Source: Torpedo marmorata (taxonomy: Eukaryota). Taken from it: a stretch of DNA of 64,000 bases. The translations under genes were made by a program, and so were the position numbers. Each line of letters begins with the position of its first letter. Within the stretch, counting starts at the first letter, position 1. The notes below the pieces were generated by a model. It saw only the letters and a list, made by a program, of their open reading frames with translations, searched no databases and was not told the DNA's origin. The stretch spans positions 30,504,001-30,568,000 of the forward strand of contig OZ360220.1 in assembly GCA_977017645.1 (NCBI GenBank), read 5' to 3'. This document shows, piece after piece, positions 1 through 12,129 of this stretch.

Positions 1-9
1 CCTCAATGG

Positions 10-2329
10 TACATAGAACATAGAACAGTACAGCACAGTACAGGCCCTTTGGCCCACAATGTTGTGCCGACATTTAGAACCTGCCTCCCACATTACCCTA
101 CACTTTAAATTCATCCATATGCTTGTCTCGTAGTCTCTTGAATTTCACCAATGTACCTGCCTCCACCACTGACCCAGGTGGTGTATTCCACGTACCAACC
201 ACTCTCTGGGTAAAAAACCTTCCTCTAATATCTCCCTTGAACTTTCCACCCATTACCTTAAAGCCATGCCCTCTTGTATTGAGCAGTGGTGCCCTGGGAA
301 GGAGGTGCTGGCTGTCCACTCTATCTATTCCTCTTAATATCTTGTATACCTCTATCATGTCTCCTCTCATCCTCCTTCTCTCCAAAGAGTAAAGCCAAGC
401 TCCCTCAATCTCTGCTCATAATGCATACTCTCTAAACCAGGTATCATCCTGGTAAATCTCCTCTGCACCCTTTCCAACGCTTCCAGCTCTTTCCTATAAT
501 GAGGCGACCAGAACTGGACACAGTTCTCCAAGTGTGGTTTAACCAGAGTTTTGTAGAGCTGCATCAGCTCACAGCTCTTAAATTCAATCCCTCGACTTAT
601 GAAAGCTAACACCCCATAAGCTTTCTTAACTACCCTGTCTACCTGTGAGGCAACTTTCAGGGAACTGTGGACGTGGACCCCCAGATCCCTCTGCTCTTCC
701 ACACTACCAAGAATCCTGCCATTAACTTTGTACTCTGCCTTGGAGTTTGTCCTTCCAAAGTATATCGCCTCACACTTCTCCGGATTGAGCATCTGCCACT
801 TCTCAGCCCAGCTCTGCATCCTATCAATGTCCCTCTGCAATCTTCTACACTGCTCTACACTATCCACGACACCACCAACCTTTGTGTCGTCTGCAAACTT
901 TCCAACCCACCCTTCTACTCCCTCATCCAAGTCATTAATAAAAAAAATCACAAAAAGCAGAGGTCCCAGAACCGATCCTTGTGGGACACCACTAGTCACA
1001 GCCCTCCAATCTGAATGTACTCCCTCCACCACAACCCTCTGCTTTCTACAGGCAAGCCAATTCTGAATCCACATGGCCAAGCTTCCCTGGATCCCATGCC
1101 TTCTGACTTTCTGAATAAGCCTACCATGTGGAACCTTGTCAAATGCCTTAATAGAATCCATGTAGACCACATCCACTGCACTACCCTCATCAATATGTCT
1201 GGTCATCTCCTCAGGCTTGTGAGTCATGATCTGCCCTTCACAAAGCCATGCTGACTGTCCCTGATCAGACCATGATACTCTAAATGCCCATAGATCCTAT
1301 CTCTAAGAATCCTTTCCAACAGCTTGCCCACCACAGACGTAAGGCTCACTGGTCTATAATTACCTGGACTTTCCCTACTACCTTTTTTGAACAAGGGGAC
1401 AACATTTGCCACCCTCCAATCCTCCAGTACCATTCCCATGGATAACGAGGACACAAAAATCCTCGCTAGAGGCTCAGCAATCTCCCTCACCTCGTGGAGC
1501 ATCCTGGGGAATATTCTGTCAGGCCCCGGTGACTTATCTGTCCTAATGCATTTTAACTGCTCCAACACATCCTCTCTCTTAATATCAACATGCTCTAGAA
1601 CATTAACCCCACCCATATTGTCCTCATCGTCATCAAGGTCCCTCTCCTTGGTGAATACTGAAGAGAAGTTTTCATTGAGGACCTCACCCACTTCCACAGC
1701 CTCCAGGCACATCTTCCCACCTTTATCTCTTATCGGTCCTACCTTCACTCCTGTCATCCTTCACATGTGAAGAATGCCTTGGGGTTTTCCTTAACCCTAC
1801 TTGCCAAGGCCATCTCATGTCCCCTTCTTCCTCTCCTCAACCCCCTCTTAAGCTCCTTTCTTGCTACCCGATATTCCTCAAGAGACCTATCTGATCCTTG
1901 CTGCCTAAACCTCATGTATGCTGCCTCCTTCCACCTGACTAGATTTTCCACCTCTCTTTTCAACCATGGTTCCTTCACCCCACCATTCTTTCTCTGCCTC
2001 AACGGGACAAATTTATTCCTAACAACCTGCAAGAGATCCCTAAACATCGACCACATCTCTATAGTACATTTCCCTGCAAAGATGTCATCCCAATTCACAC
2101 CCGCAAGTTCTAGCCTTATAGCCTCATAATTTGCCCTTCCCCAATTAAATATTTTCCTGTCTTCTCCGACTCTATCCTTGTCCATGACAATGTTAAAGGC
2201 CAGGGAGCGGTGGTCACTGTCCCCCAAATGTTCACCCACTGAGAGATCTGTGACCTGACCCGGTTCATTACCTAATACTAGATCTAATATGGCATTCCCC
2301 CTAGTCGGCCTGTCAACATACTGTGACAG
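10..2329 (-). mobile_element. CR1 LINE (HER1-like), 3' part: ORF2 endonuclease C-term/RT/C-terminal domain and 3' tail; frameshifted
   Basis: ORFs 98-385, 367-1227, 1224-1757 and 1754-2239 carry CR1 RT motifs (KAFDKVPH, GVPQGSVLGPLLF, KFADDTK, NYRPVSLTSVVGK, RFFTQRVV). Short-repeat tail acatagaacatagaac at ~11-27. Confidence 0.95.
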
Positions 2330-5300
2330 TTAATAGATATTTGCAGAAAGTTGAATCCAAGAGAAAAAGATTATTCTTTTTATTCTTTTAGACATGACTC
2401 TTATTCTAGAATAGATATGTTTTTATTGTCCTCACAATTAGAAGACAGGGTGACTCAAGCACAATACAAAGCAAGAATAATTTCTGATCACTCCTCATGT
2501 ATAATTCCAGAAAAAGAAAAAACTATATATAGGTGGAGATTTAATTCTTCTTTATTGAAAAGAATGGATTTTTGTCATTATATAAGAGAAATTCAAGAAT
2601 TTTTACAGATTAATTCTAACTCGATTGATAATAAATTTATTATTTGGGAAGTTAAGAAGGAATATGTTCAGGAAGTGGATAATTTGGAGAAGGAGACTGA
2701 GTTTTTGGAGAAGGATTTGCCAAAAAAAGAGATCAGAAGAGGAAAAATTTAATCGAAAAAAAATTGTATTATAATACGTTACAAACATATAAAATGGAAA
2801 AATTAATTGAAAGAACTAAGCAAAGATATTATGAATTGGGAGAAAGTGCGCATAAAGTGTTGGCGTGGCAATTAAAGAAAGAACAAACTTCTAGAACTAT
2901 AAGTGCTACAAAAAAGAATTCAAGGAAAATAACATAAACCTCGAGAAATAAATGATTCCTTTAAATAAATCTATATAAATCTCAAACTGATAAAGATGAT
3001 TCTAAAATTATTGAATTTCTATCTAAAATTAAGTTACCTAGATTAAATACTCAAAGTAAAGAACTTTTAGATTTGTCATTTACGATGAGGGAAGTTAATG
3101 ATGTTCTTAGTTCTTTAACGAGTGGAAAATCTCCGGGGGAGGATGGTTTCCCATCAGAATTTTATAAGGAGTTTAAGGATTTATTGATACCTCCATACAT
3201 GGAGGTGTTAAAACAAATAACGGAAACTCATTCTCTACCGGAAACATTTTCAAATGCAATAATCACAGTTATACCAAAAAAAGATAGAGATGTATTGAAA
3301 ACAGAATCATATAGACCAATTTCATTGTTAAATGTGGATTATAAGATAATGGCGAAAATTTTAGCAAATAGAGTGGCTAAATATTTACCAGACTTAATCC
3401 ATGTAGATCAAGCAGGTTTTATTAAGAATAAATATTCAAAAGATAATATAGCGAGATTAATTAGTTTAATAAATGTGGCACAAAAGAAAGAGGAATTAGC
3501 ATTAGTATTAACATTAGATGCCGAAAAGGCTTTTGACAGATTAGAGTGGAATTATTTATTTAAAGTACTGGAAAAATTTGGTTTTGGAACTATACTTATT
3601 AATTGGATTAAAACTATATATAAAGAACCTTCTGCCAGAGTGGTGACAAATGGACAAATTTCTTCAAAATTTTCTTTGACTGGGTCAACCAGACAAGGAT
3701 GTCCTTTGTCGCCAGCATTGTTTATTTTAGCAATAGAACCTTTAGCAGAATTAATTAGACAAGATATTAAGATTGTAGGTATTAAGGTTGGAAATGAAGA
3801 GCATAAAATTAGTTTATTTGCAGATGACGTATTGATTTATATGATAAAACCTATTACTTCTTTAATACAATTGAATGTTTTATTGAAAGAATATGGGGAA
3901 ATATCTGGTTATAAGATTAATTCTGATAAAAGTGAAATTATGGCATTGACACAAGGGGACTATAATAAATGTAAAGAAATTACACAATTTAAATAGTCAA
4001 ATGAAGGAATTAAATATTTGGGAATAAAGATAGATACAAAATTTACCATTATTTATGAATATTAAAAAAGATTTAGAAAGTTGGAAGGATTTACCTATAA
4101 CTTTAATAGGAACGGTAAATTGTATTAAAATGAATGTTTTTCCAAGAATTCAATATCTTTTTCAATCAATTCCTTATGAAATTCCTCAAAAATTCTTTAA
4201 AGATTTAAATTTAATTATTAGGAATTTTTTGTGGAAAGGAAAGTTGGCTAGAGTAGGTATGGAGAAATTAACCTGCAATTATGAAATGGGTGGTTTACAA
4301 CTTCCCAATTTTCAAAATTATTATAAGGCAGCTCAATTAAAATTTATTAGTGAAATGTTTGATTTAGGAAAATCTTCTGCTTGGATTAAATAGAATTAAA
4401 TAATATAGGAGAAGATTTGAAAGAAGAAGTTATTTATAAATGGAATTCTAAATTATTATTAACAAGAGGAAAAAATTCTCCTATTTTTAAACATTTGTTA
4501 GATATATGGAATAGAGTGGATAGGGAGATAGGGTTAATTTCTCGAAAAATGCCTTTATATCAAAATAAACTTATTCCATTTACTGTTGATAATCAATTAT
4601 TTAAAATTTGGTTCCAAAAGGGAATTAAGAAAATAAATGATTGTTTTGAAGCTAGTAAATTTATTACTTTTCAAAGAATGAAAGAAAAGTTTAATGTATT
4701 AAACAATACACTTTTTGCTTATTATCAAATTAGAGCATTTTTAGTTGAAAGGTTGGGTTATAGTTTGACTTTACCAAGACAAAGTGAACTGGAATTATTA
4801 GTTACTAATGGAGGTGTAAATAAATTTATTTCTCAAATGTATAGATTGTTACAGAGAAAAATGCCTAAATTTGGAATTCATAAATCAAGATTAAAATGGG
4901 AATCAGATCTCAATGTAACAATAGATGAAGAACATTGAAAAGGATTATGTAAACAAAGTATGACGAATATTATTAACGTTAGATATAGATTAGTGCAATA
5001 TAATTTTTTTAAAATATTTTATTTTAAATTTTGAATTTTCTCACAGTAGTACAACATACGTAATATACATTATTAATTCCAGTAAATAAAAAACATAATT
5101 TGTATTACAGTGTATCTAACCCATCCCTTAACCCACCCTCTATAATGTTGCTACCCCACCCTCCACCTCCCTTTAATTCCCTCCCCTTACTAAAAACTAA
5201 AAGAAAAGAACAGAAAAGCAGGCATTGGTATTACTTATTAAAAAAACATCTGCACGGATCGCTGCTGGGTCCACAGCTCGACGCGTGGCATTCAACAATA

Positions 5301-6290
5301 TTTATTCTTTAAATTTGAGAGAGTCAACAGGGTCTAGGATGTAGAGCAACACATTTAAATGTTCATACCTAATGATTGGATATATGGACGCCAAATTTGC
5401 AAAAATATCCCATATTTGTTTCTCATATTAAATGTTATTTTTTCCAATGGAATACAACTCCGCATCTCTATATTCCATCTAGCCATGCCTAAATTTGTAT
5501 CTGATTTCCAAGTTACTGCTATACACTTCCTTGCTACTGCTAAAGCAATTTTTACAAATTTCAATTGATATGTAGATAACTTCAACTTTGGTCTAGTTCC
5601 TTCCACATTCCCTAATAAAAATAAATCAGGATTCTGTGGAAATGTAATTTTTTTCATCAATTATATCTAACACCTAAGAAATTAAAGAAATTTAATCCGA
5701 CATTATCTGGTTTATGTTTTAGATGTAATAGAGAGGAAGGTTCTTTTGTACACTCTATGTGGCTTTGTCCAAAGATATATGATTTTTGGTTGAAAGTTAA
5801 AAAGATTTTAGACGAAGTATTAAGTATTACACTCCCAATGGATCCTATGATATTTTTGTTTGGAGATATTAAAAGAATTAGTATTAAGATAAAATTAAAT
5901 ATGTATCAAATAGAATTTTTGCGAATTGCTTTAGCTGTTTCTAAGAAATGCATTGCTATTACATGGAAATCTGATGTAGATTTAGGGTTAGAAAGATGGC
6001 ATGCAGAACTTCGTTCGTGTATACCACTTGAAAAAATAACTTATAATTTACGTAATAAATATCATTTATTTTTGAAAATATGGAGCCCATATATAAAAAC
6101 TATTGGTTTAAGGAATTTCTTTCTTTCTTTCTTTCTTATTAGAATAGTAGGGTTGGGAGGGTTAGGGAGGGGAGGGAGGGAGGGGGTGAAAATATATCAC
6201 ATGTATTTTGATAATTTTGCATTTTATAATATGTATTATTGAGTGATTAAAATTTTTTTAATAAAATATTTTAAAAAAACAAAACAAAAA
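2330..6290 (+). mobile_element. 5'-truncated L1-clade LINE (AT-rich family) inserted into the CR1
   Basis: ORF2 fragments ([36 protein letters not shown]). AATAAA and A-rich tail at ~6260-6290. 15-bp TSD aacatactgtgacag at 2315-2329 and 6291-6305. Confidence 0.95.
5011..5644 (-). mobile_element. 3' end of a second L1 subfamily inserted antisense into the L1
   Basis: ORF 5355-5660 is an L1 ORF2 C-terminus (IALAVARKCIAVTWKSD, SCIPLEKIT) with a different 3' UTR. Duplicated taattttttt at 5001-5010 and 5645-5654. Host L1 resumes after 5655. Confidence 0.85.
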
Positions 6291-6659
6291 AACATACTGT
6301 GACAGGAATCCGTCCTGGACACACTTAAATTCTGTCCTGTCTAAACCTTTGGTACTAAGCAGGTGCCAGTCATTATTAGGGAAGTTGAAGTCACCCATGA
6401 TAACAACCCTGTTATTTTTGCACCTTTCCAAAATCTGCCTCCCAATCTGCTCCTCGGTATCCCTGCTGCTACCAGGGGGCCAAAAGAATACTCCCAATAG
6501 AGTAACTGCTTCCTTCCTGTTCCTAACTTCCACCCATACTGACTCAATAGAGGATCTGATACATTACCCACCCTTTCTGCAGCTGTAATAGTATCCCTGA
6601 CCAGTAATGCCACCCCTCCTCCCCTTCCCCCCCACCCTCTCTATCCCTTTTAAAACACT
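6291..6659 (-). mobile_element. CR1 ORF2 endonuclease segment (continuation of the element at 10-2329)
   Basis: ORF 6258-6533 contains VVIMGDFNFPN; contiguous with 2329 once the L1 is removed. Confidence 0.9.
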
Positions 6660-7469
6660 AGCCCCTTTTACACAGCGCTTGAAATCCAGGTTTTATCTGC
6701 CTTTCGAGCTCTGTGTGAAAAAATCGAAGGCGGATTGGGGGGGGTCTAGACTTACCCGTCTTCGATCCGCCAAGGTAGGTACTCTCAGCGGTGGAGCGTA
6801 TCGATGCAGGATATATCTAAAACGGTCGACCCGTGTTGCCGGGTCTAAAAGGCAAGGGAAGATGACATCACGATGTTAGGTCCAGAAAAGGTTCATAGTC
6901 AGTAGCGAGTAGAGCAGTGGACACTACTAGGCGCATAGTGTGCGAATGTCGGCACCGCCTGTGTGAATCAGATTCGGTGGGTCTGGACACAAGGGCTTGC
7001 AATCACACGTAGCTTTTATTAACACACAACAATTTGTACAAGAGCGTGGGAAAATGTAAATGGGAATAAAGCACACACGCACACAATTTATAAAGGTGCG
7101 TTGGAAAATGTTACGGTGTAGCGCGTCGCTACGGCTATAGCTCTGCGCGTCGAGTTGGTCGTCGCTCTAGTTCTGGAGCTCAAGAGGGAGATGCACACCC
7201 TCCGAGCGTCAAGACAGAACTGCCTATTCTGCCGTTGGCTCTGCCTTTTATAGGCGGGCCGAGCCTGACTGTTGCGTCACTGATGGGGCGTGGACTAAGG
7301 CGCGACGCCCAGGATTGGTCGGGCCACAATCCATCCTTAGGGATTGGCCCATTCCCTCCTGTTGTGGCCTACGTGCCGCCTGCGCAATCGCCGTGTTCGA
7401 ACACGGCTCCCTTTGTCGGCCTGCGGAGTAGGTCGCGGGCCGCTACATGACCCCCCCCCAGAACCGGCG

Positions 7470-10400
7470 ATCTGTGCGGTGGCCTTGTCCTTGGGAGGCC
7501 GCCCCCTGCGGCATGGTATAGGGTGAGTGACCGGTTGGCCAGGGTCCAGGTGTGCTGGCTTGAGTCGGTCAACCGCGACCGTTTCCTCCCTGGCGCCAAC
7601 ATCTATGACACAAGTGGAGCCGTTGTGTCTGATAACCCAGTACGGCCCTTCGTACGGTCGTTGGAGTGGTGGCCGATGTGCCCCTCGCCTTATAAACACA
7701 TGCCTGCAGTCCTTCAAGTTCCTTGGAACTTAAGTTTTAGGCTGGCCGTGCGCCCTGGGCTGTGCCGGGGCCAGCGTACCCAGTCGTTGCTGCAGACGAG
7801 TCAGGGCTACCTCTGGAGTCTCCTCCGTGTTCCGGGCGTCAGCCAGGAATTCATCCGGGATGACCAGGGGTGCGCCATAGACCATCTCCGCTGCAGACAC
7901 GTCAAAATCGTCTTTGGGCGCGGTGCGGATGCCCAGGAGAACCCAAGGCAGTTCATCAGCCCAGTGCGGTCTTGTGAGCCGAGCCATGGGGGCCACCTTG
8001 AGGTGCCTGTGAAACCTCTCCACCAACGCTTTGGCCTGAGGATGGTATGCCGTAGTGTGATGGAGTTGTGTTCCCAGGGTGTTGGCCAAAGCTGGAGGTG
8101 AACTGGGCACCTCTGTCCGATGTAAGGTGCTCAGGGACTCCAAACCACGCCACCCAGGTGTTTAGCAAGGCCCTGGCACACGACTCTGCGGATGTTTCCA
8201 CAAGCGGGACTGCTTCCGGCCACCTAGTCAGATGATCCATCATGGTCAATAGGTATCAAGCACCTCTTGACACTGGCAGTGGGCCTACAATGTCCACATG
8301 CACATGGCTGAACCTCCGTTATGCCGGCTCGAATGATTGGAGAAGGGCTTTAATGTGCGTCTGCACCTTTGACACCTGGCAATGCGTGCAGGTCTTGGCC
8401 CACTGACCAACCTCTTTACGGAGACCATGCCATACGAACCGGCTGGCCACCATCTTAACCGTAGTTCTGATGGCTGGGTGCGCCAGGTTGTGGATCGTGT
8501 CAAAAGCCCGTTTTCACGCTGCGGGTATGATGGGTCTAGGCGTACCAGTCGAGGTGTCGCACAAAAGCGTCTGCTTTCCTGGGCTGATGCGAACATCCTC
8601 CAGGAGGAGACCGGTTACCGCCGTCCGGTATGCAGGTATGCCGAGGTCTGCTCGTTGTGCCTCAGCCAGGGCTGCGTAGTCGATGCCTGGGGCGAGGGCA
8701 TGTATTGCCAGTATGGCTGGCCGTAATAGCACGTCGGCCACCACATTCGACTTCCTGGCAATGTGTGCGATGTCCGTGGAGAACTCAGACACGTAGGACA
8801 GGTACCTTTGCTGCCTGGCTGACCATGGGTCCGACACCTTGCCGAAAACAAAGGTGAGAGGCTTGCGGTCCGTGAATATTTTGAACCTCCTGCCCTCCAG
8901 GAAGTATCGGAAATGTCGGACCGCCAGGTATAGAGCTAAGAGCTCCCGATCAAAAGCACTGTACTTGAGCTCCGGTGGGCGGAGGTGCTTGCTGAAAAAG
9001 GCCAGCGGCTGCCATTGTCCAGCGATCAGCTGCTCAAGTACTCCCCCGACCGCTGTGTTAGAGGCGTCCACAGTGAGGGCTGCCGGGGCGTCTGTCCTAG
9101 GATGCACCAGAAGGGTGGCGTTTGCCAGGGCGTCTTTGGCAGTTTGGAAAGCCTCTGATGCCTCCTGCGTCCATTCGATCTCCTTCCTTGGGCCTGCCAT
9201 GAGGGAGAATAAGGGCTGCATGATGCCAGCTGCTGTCGGTATGAAACGATGATAAAAGTTCATCATACCGACAAACTCCTGCAGGCCCTTTATCGTTGCG
9301 GGCTTCGCAAATGACCGGATGGCCTCCACCTTTTCGGGTAGTGGCCTGGCCCCATCCCTGTTAATACGGTGCCCCAGGAAATCGATGAACTCCCGCCCGA
9401 ACTGGCACTTGGCAGGGTTGATTATCAACCCGAACTCCTTCAGGTGGGTGCACACCTGTCTTATATGGATGGCATGTTCAGTACGATTGCGGCTGGCTAT
9501 CAGTATGTCGTCCAAATGAAGGAAGGTGAACTTGAGATCCCGGCCCACCGCGTCCATCAACCTCTGGAAGGTTTGAGCTGCGTTCTTCAGGCCGAACGGC
9601 ATTCGAAGAAACTCAAACAGACCAAAGGGGGTGATAATGGCAGTCTTGGCGATGTCTTCCGGCTGGAACGGGATCTGGTGATAGCCCCTAACGAGGTCCA
9701 CCTTTGAGAATATCCGTGCCCCCTGTAGGTTAGTGGTGAAGTCCTGGATGTGGGGCACCGGATATCTGTCCGGTGTGGTGGCCTCATTGAGACAGCGGTA
9801 ATCCCCGCATGGTCTCCAGCCCCCTGCTGCCTTGGGCACCATGTGGAGTGGGGAGGCCCAGGGGCTGTCAGAACACCGCACGATACCCAGCTCTTCCATC
9901 TTCCGGAACTCTTCTTTGGTGAGATTGAGCTTCTCGGGAGGAAGGCGGCGTGCCCTGGCGTGAAGGGGAAGTCCCGACGTCATGATATGATGCCTAACCC
10001 CGTGCCCAGGTTCCGCCGAGGAAAAATGTGGCGTCATGATGGCAGGGAATTCAGCCCTAATCCGTGCCATCTCATTGTCCATAGCTGCTACCAAGTGCAG
10101 GCAGGTGGCAGTGAGCTCAGTCCCACTCAGGGAAAGAGTCTGAAAAGTTGTGGCATGCACCAATCTTCGCCCCTTAATATCCACTGGTAGGGAATTGGCC
10201 CTAAGGTAATCTGAGCCCAGGAGCGGCTGCCGCACCGCCGGCAGCATGAACTTCCAGGTAAAATGATTATCCCCAAAACGGAGGGGGATGGTGCGGGTGC
10301 CGAAAGTGCGAATATCTGAATTATTGGCCGCTCTCAGGCCCTGTCCAACCCTGCTGCTGCGGATGTCGGAGCTGGAAGGGGGAAAAACACGGACTTCGGC

Positions 10401-10556
10401 CCCAGTATCGACCAGGAACCAGCGGCCCGACAGGGCGTCCTGTGCATGGAGTAGGTTATGATGCAGGCCGACCACCGCAACCATCAACGGCGGCCGGCGC
10501 TGGCGTTTCCGTGAAACGCGCAGGGGGAACGGCATCGACGGGCCTCGGAACCCCAC
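7470..10556 (-). pseudogene. pol: Gypsy pol: protease-RT-RNase H (ORF 8514-10556) and frameshifted integrase
   Basis: FLVDTGA protease; [18 protein letters not shown] and HLDDIL RT; TVDAS and [10 protein letters not shown] RNase H; integrase pieces TSDRGAQF, HPQAKALVERFHR, PYEGPY. Confidence 0.93.
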
Positions 10557-11177
10557 CGCTGGTGGTAGAAACAGTACTCCTCACCGGTGGGCTGACTTTT
10601 CGGGGGGCCGCCTAATCGTTCACCCCGGATGAGACGTGGACACTTGCTCCATTGTCGCACAGTCGTCTTTCTTCGCTGCCCAGAGCACGTCTGCTTGGGC
10701 AGCTACCTTCCTGGGGTCGCTGAAATCCTCTTCCGCGAGCAACAGCCAGATGTTCTCTGGCAATCGCTCCAGGAAGATCTGCTCAAACAGCAGGCAAGGT
10801 CTGTGGTCATCCGTTAAGGTGAGCATGTCGCTCATGAGGACGGAAGGGGCCCTGTCCCCCAAGCCGTCCATATGCCTCGAGAGCCCAAAAGTGCAGGACA
10901 ACAGCTCCTTGATGGCCACATACCTCCCCTGCTCTGGAGGACGCCGCAGGAAGTCCATAATCCTAGCCGCCGTCTCCTGCTCGAGGGCGCTTACCACGTG
11001 GTAATAGCGGGCAGTGTCGTCGGAGATCCTTCGAAGGGCGAACTGTGCTTCGGCTTGCTCGAACCATACCAGCGGCTGCGATGTCCAGAAGCTCGGCAGC
11101 TTCAACGAAACCACGTTGATTGAAGACTGTTCCATCTTCAGGTCCAAATCGCTGTTTGGACCAGTCGGGGTCACCAC
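10490..11177 (-). pseudogene. gag: Gypsy gag (frameshifted) with CHCC zinc knuckle
   Basis: ORF 10620-11177 contains KLPSFWTSQPLVWFEQAEAQF. A downstream frame reads [18 protein letters not shown], followed by a ggaaac slippery-like site at ~10505. Confidence 0.85.
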
Positions 11178-12129
11178 TGTAGCGTGTCGCTACGGCTATA
11201 GCTCTGCACATCGAGTTGGTCGTCGCACACCCTCTGAGCATCAAGACAGAACTGCCTATTCTGCCATCAGCTCTGCCTTTTATAGGCGGGCCGAGCCTGA
11301 CTGCTGCGTCACTGATGGGGCGTGGCCTAAGGCGCAACGCCCAGGATTGGTCAGGCCACGATCCATCCTTAGGGATTGGCCCGTTCCCTCCTTGCCGTTG
11401 TGGCCTATGGGAACGGGCCATCCGAATCACGTGCCGCCTGCGCGATCGCCATGTTCGAACACGGCTCCCTGTGTCGGCCTGCGGAGTAGGTCGCGGGCCG
11501 CTACAACGGGAATAAAACGCGCAAAATTTATAAAAGAGTGTGGGAAAATGTTAAACAGTACACAATTACTGCTCCTACGTCTTATGGTCTTATAAAAGTG
11601 TGATAAAGAGGTGCTGAATACAATTCGCCTTAGCCTGCCCTTGTAACTGCCGATTGAAGTTGGCAGGAAAAGCATATCTCATGCATTAGTTCAGATTACA
11701 ATTTGATTACCTATCATATCAACAATGGAACATTTATAAACACTTAATACGCTGGCACGCATTTGTTGGCAGACAGCTACAGTTGCTATAATGCAAAACC
11801 TTTCTGTAACCTTCTTTATAAATTGTGTGCGTGTGTTTTATTCCAGTTAACATTTTCACACGCTCTTCTATAATTGTTGTGTGTTAATAAAAGCTACGTG
11901 TGATTGCAAATCCTTGTGTCCAGACCCACCGAATCCGATTCTTTTCTCAACACAACACAACGTCACACTAGCCACCAACGCTGCTGTGCTACACATCCCG
12001 CCTCTTTTGCTGCTGTGTAAAAGGACTCACGGACCCGGCTTTTTTCTGTTCTGTGTGAACAAGCAACCCGGCTTCCAGAGACGGGTCATGTATACAGCAA
12101 TAATGCGGGTTTTTAGTGCAAAAGGGGCT

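Larger units (their letters stand above)
7117..11505 (-). mobile_element. Full-length Ty3/Gypsy LTR retrotransposon, CsRn1-clade-like
   Basis: TG...CA LTRs at 7117-7447 and 11178-11505. 4-bp TSD ACGG (7113-7116, 11506-11509). PBS tggtgaccccgac (tRNA-Trp type) next to the 5' LTR. Poly-G PPT at ~7448-7460. Confidence 0.95.
6965..11941. repeat. Long (~130-bp) inverted-repeat pair, probably a second MITE nested in the Harbinger-type element
   Basis: 6965-~7095 (gaatcagattcggtgggtctggacacaa...) is the reverse complement of ~11811-11941. ~50-bp subterminal tandem repeats. No TSD visible. Confidence 0.6.
6660..12129. mobile_element. Non-autonomous PIF/Harbinger (PHIS)-type DNA transposon with 3-bp ACT TSD, carrying nested insertions
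   Basis: TIRs agccccttttacac (6660) and gtgcaaaaggggct (12116-12129). ACT on both flanks (6657-6659, 12130-12132). Removing the element and one ACT restores the CR1 frame NIPGFQCFKRDR. Confidence 0.75.
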
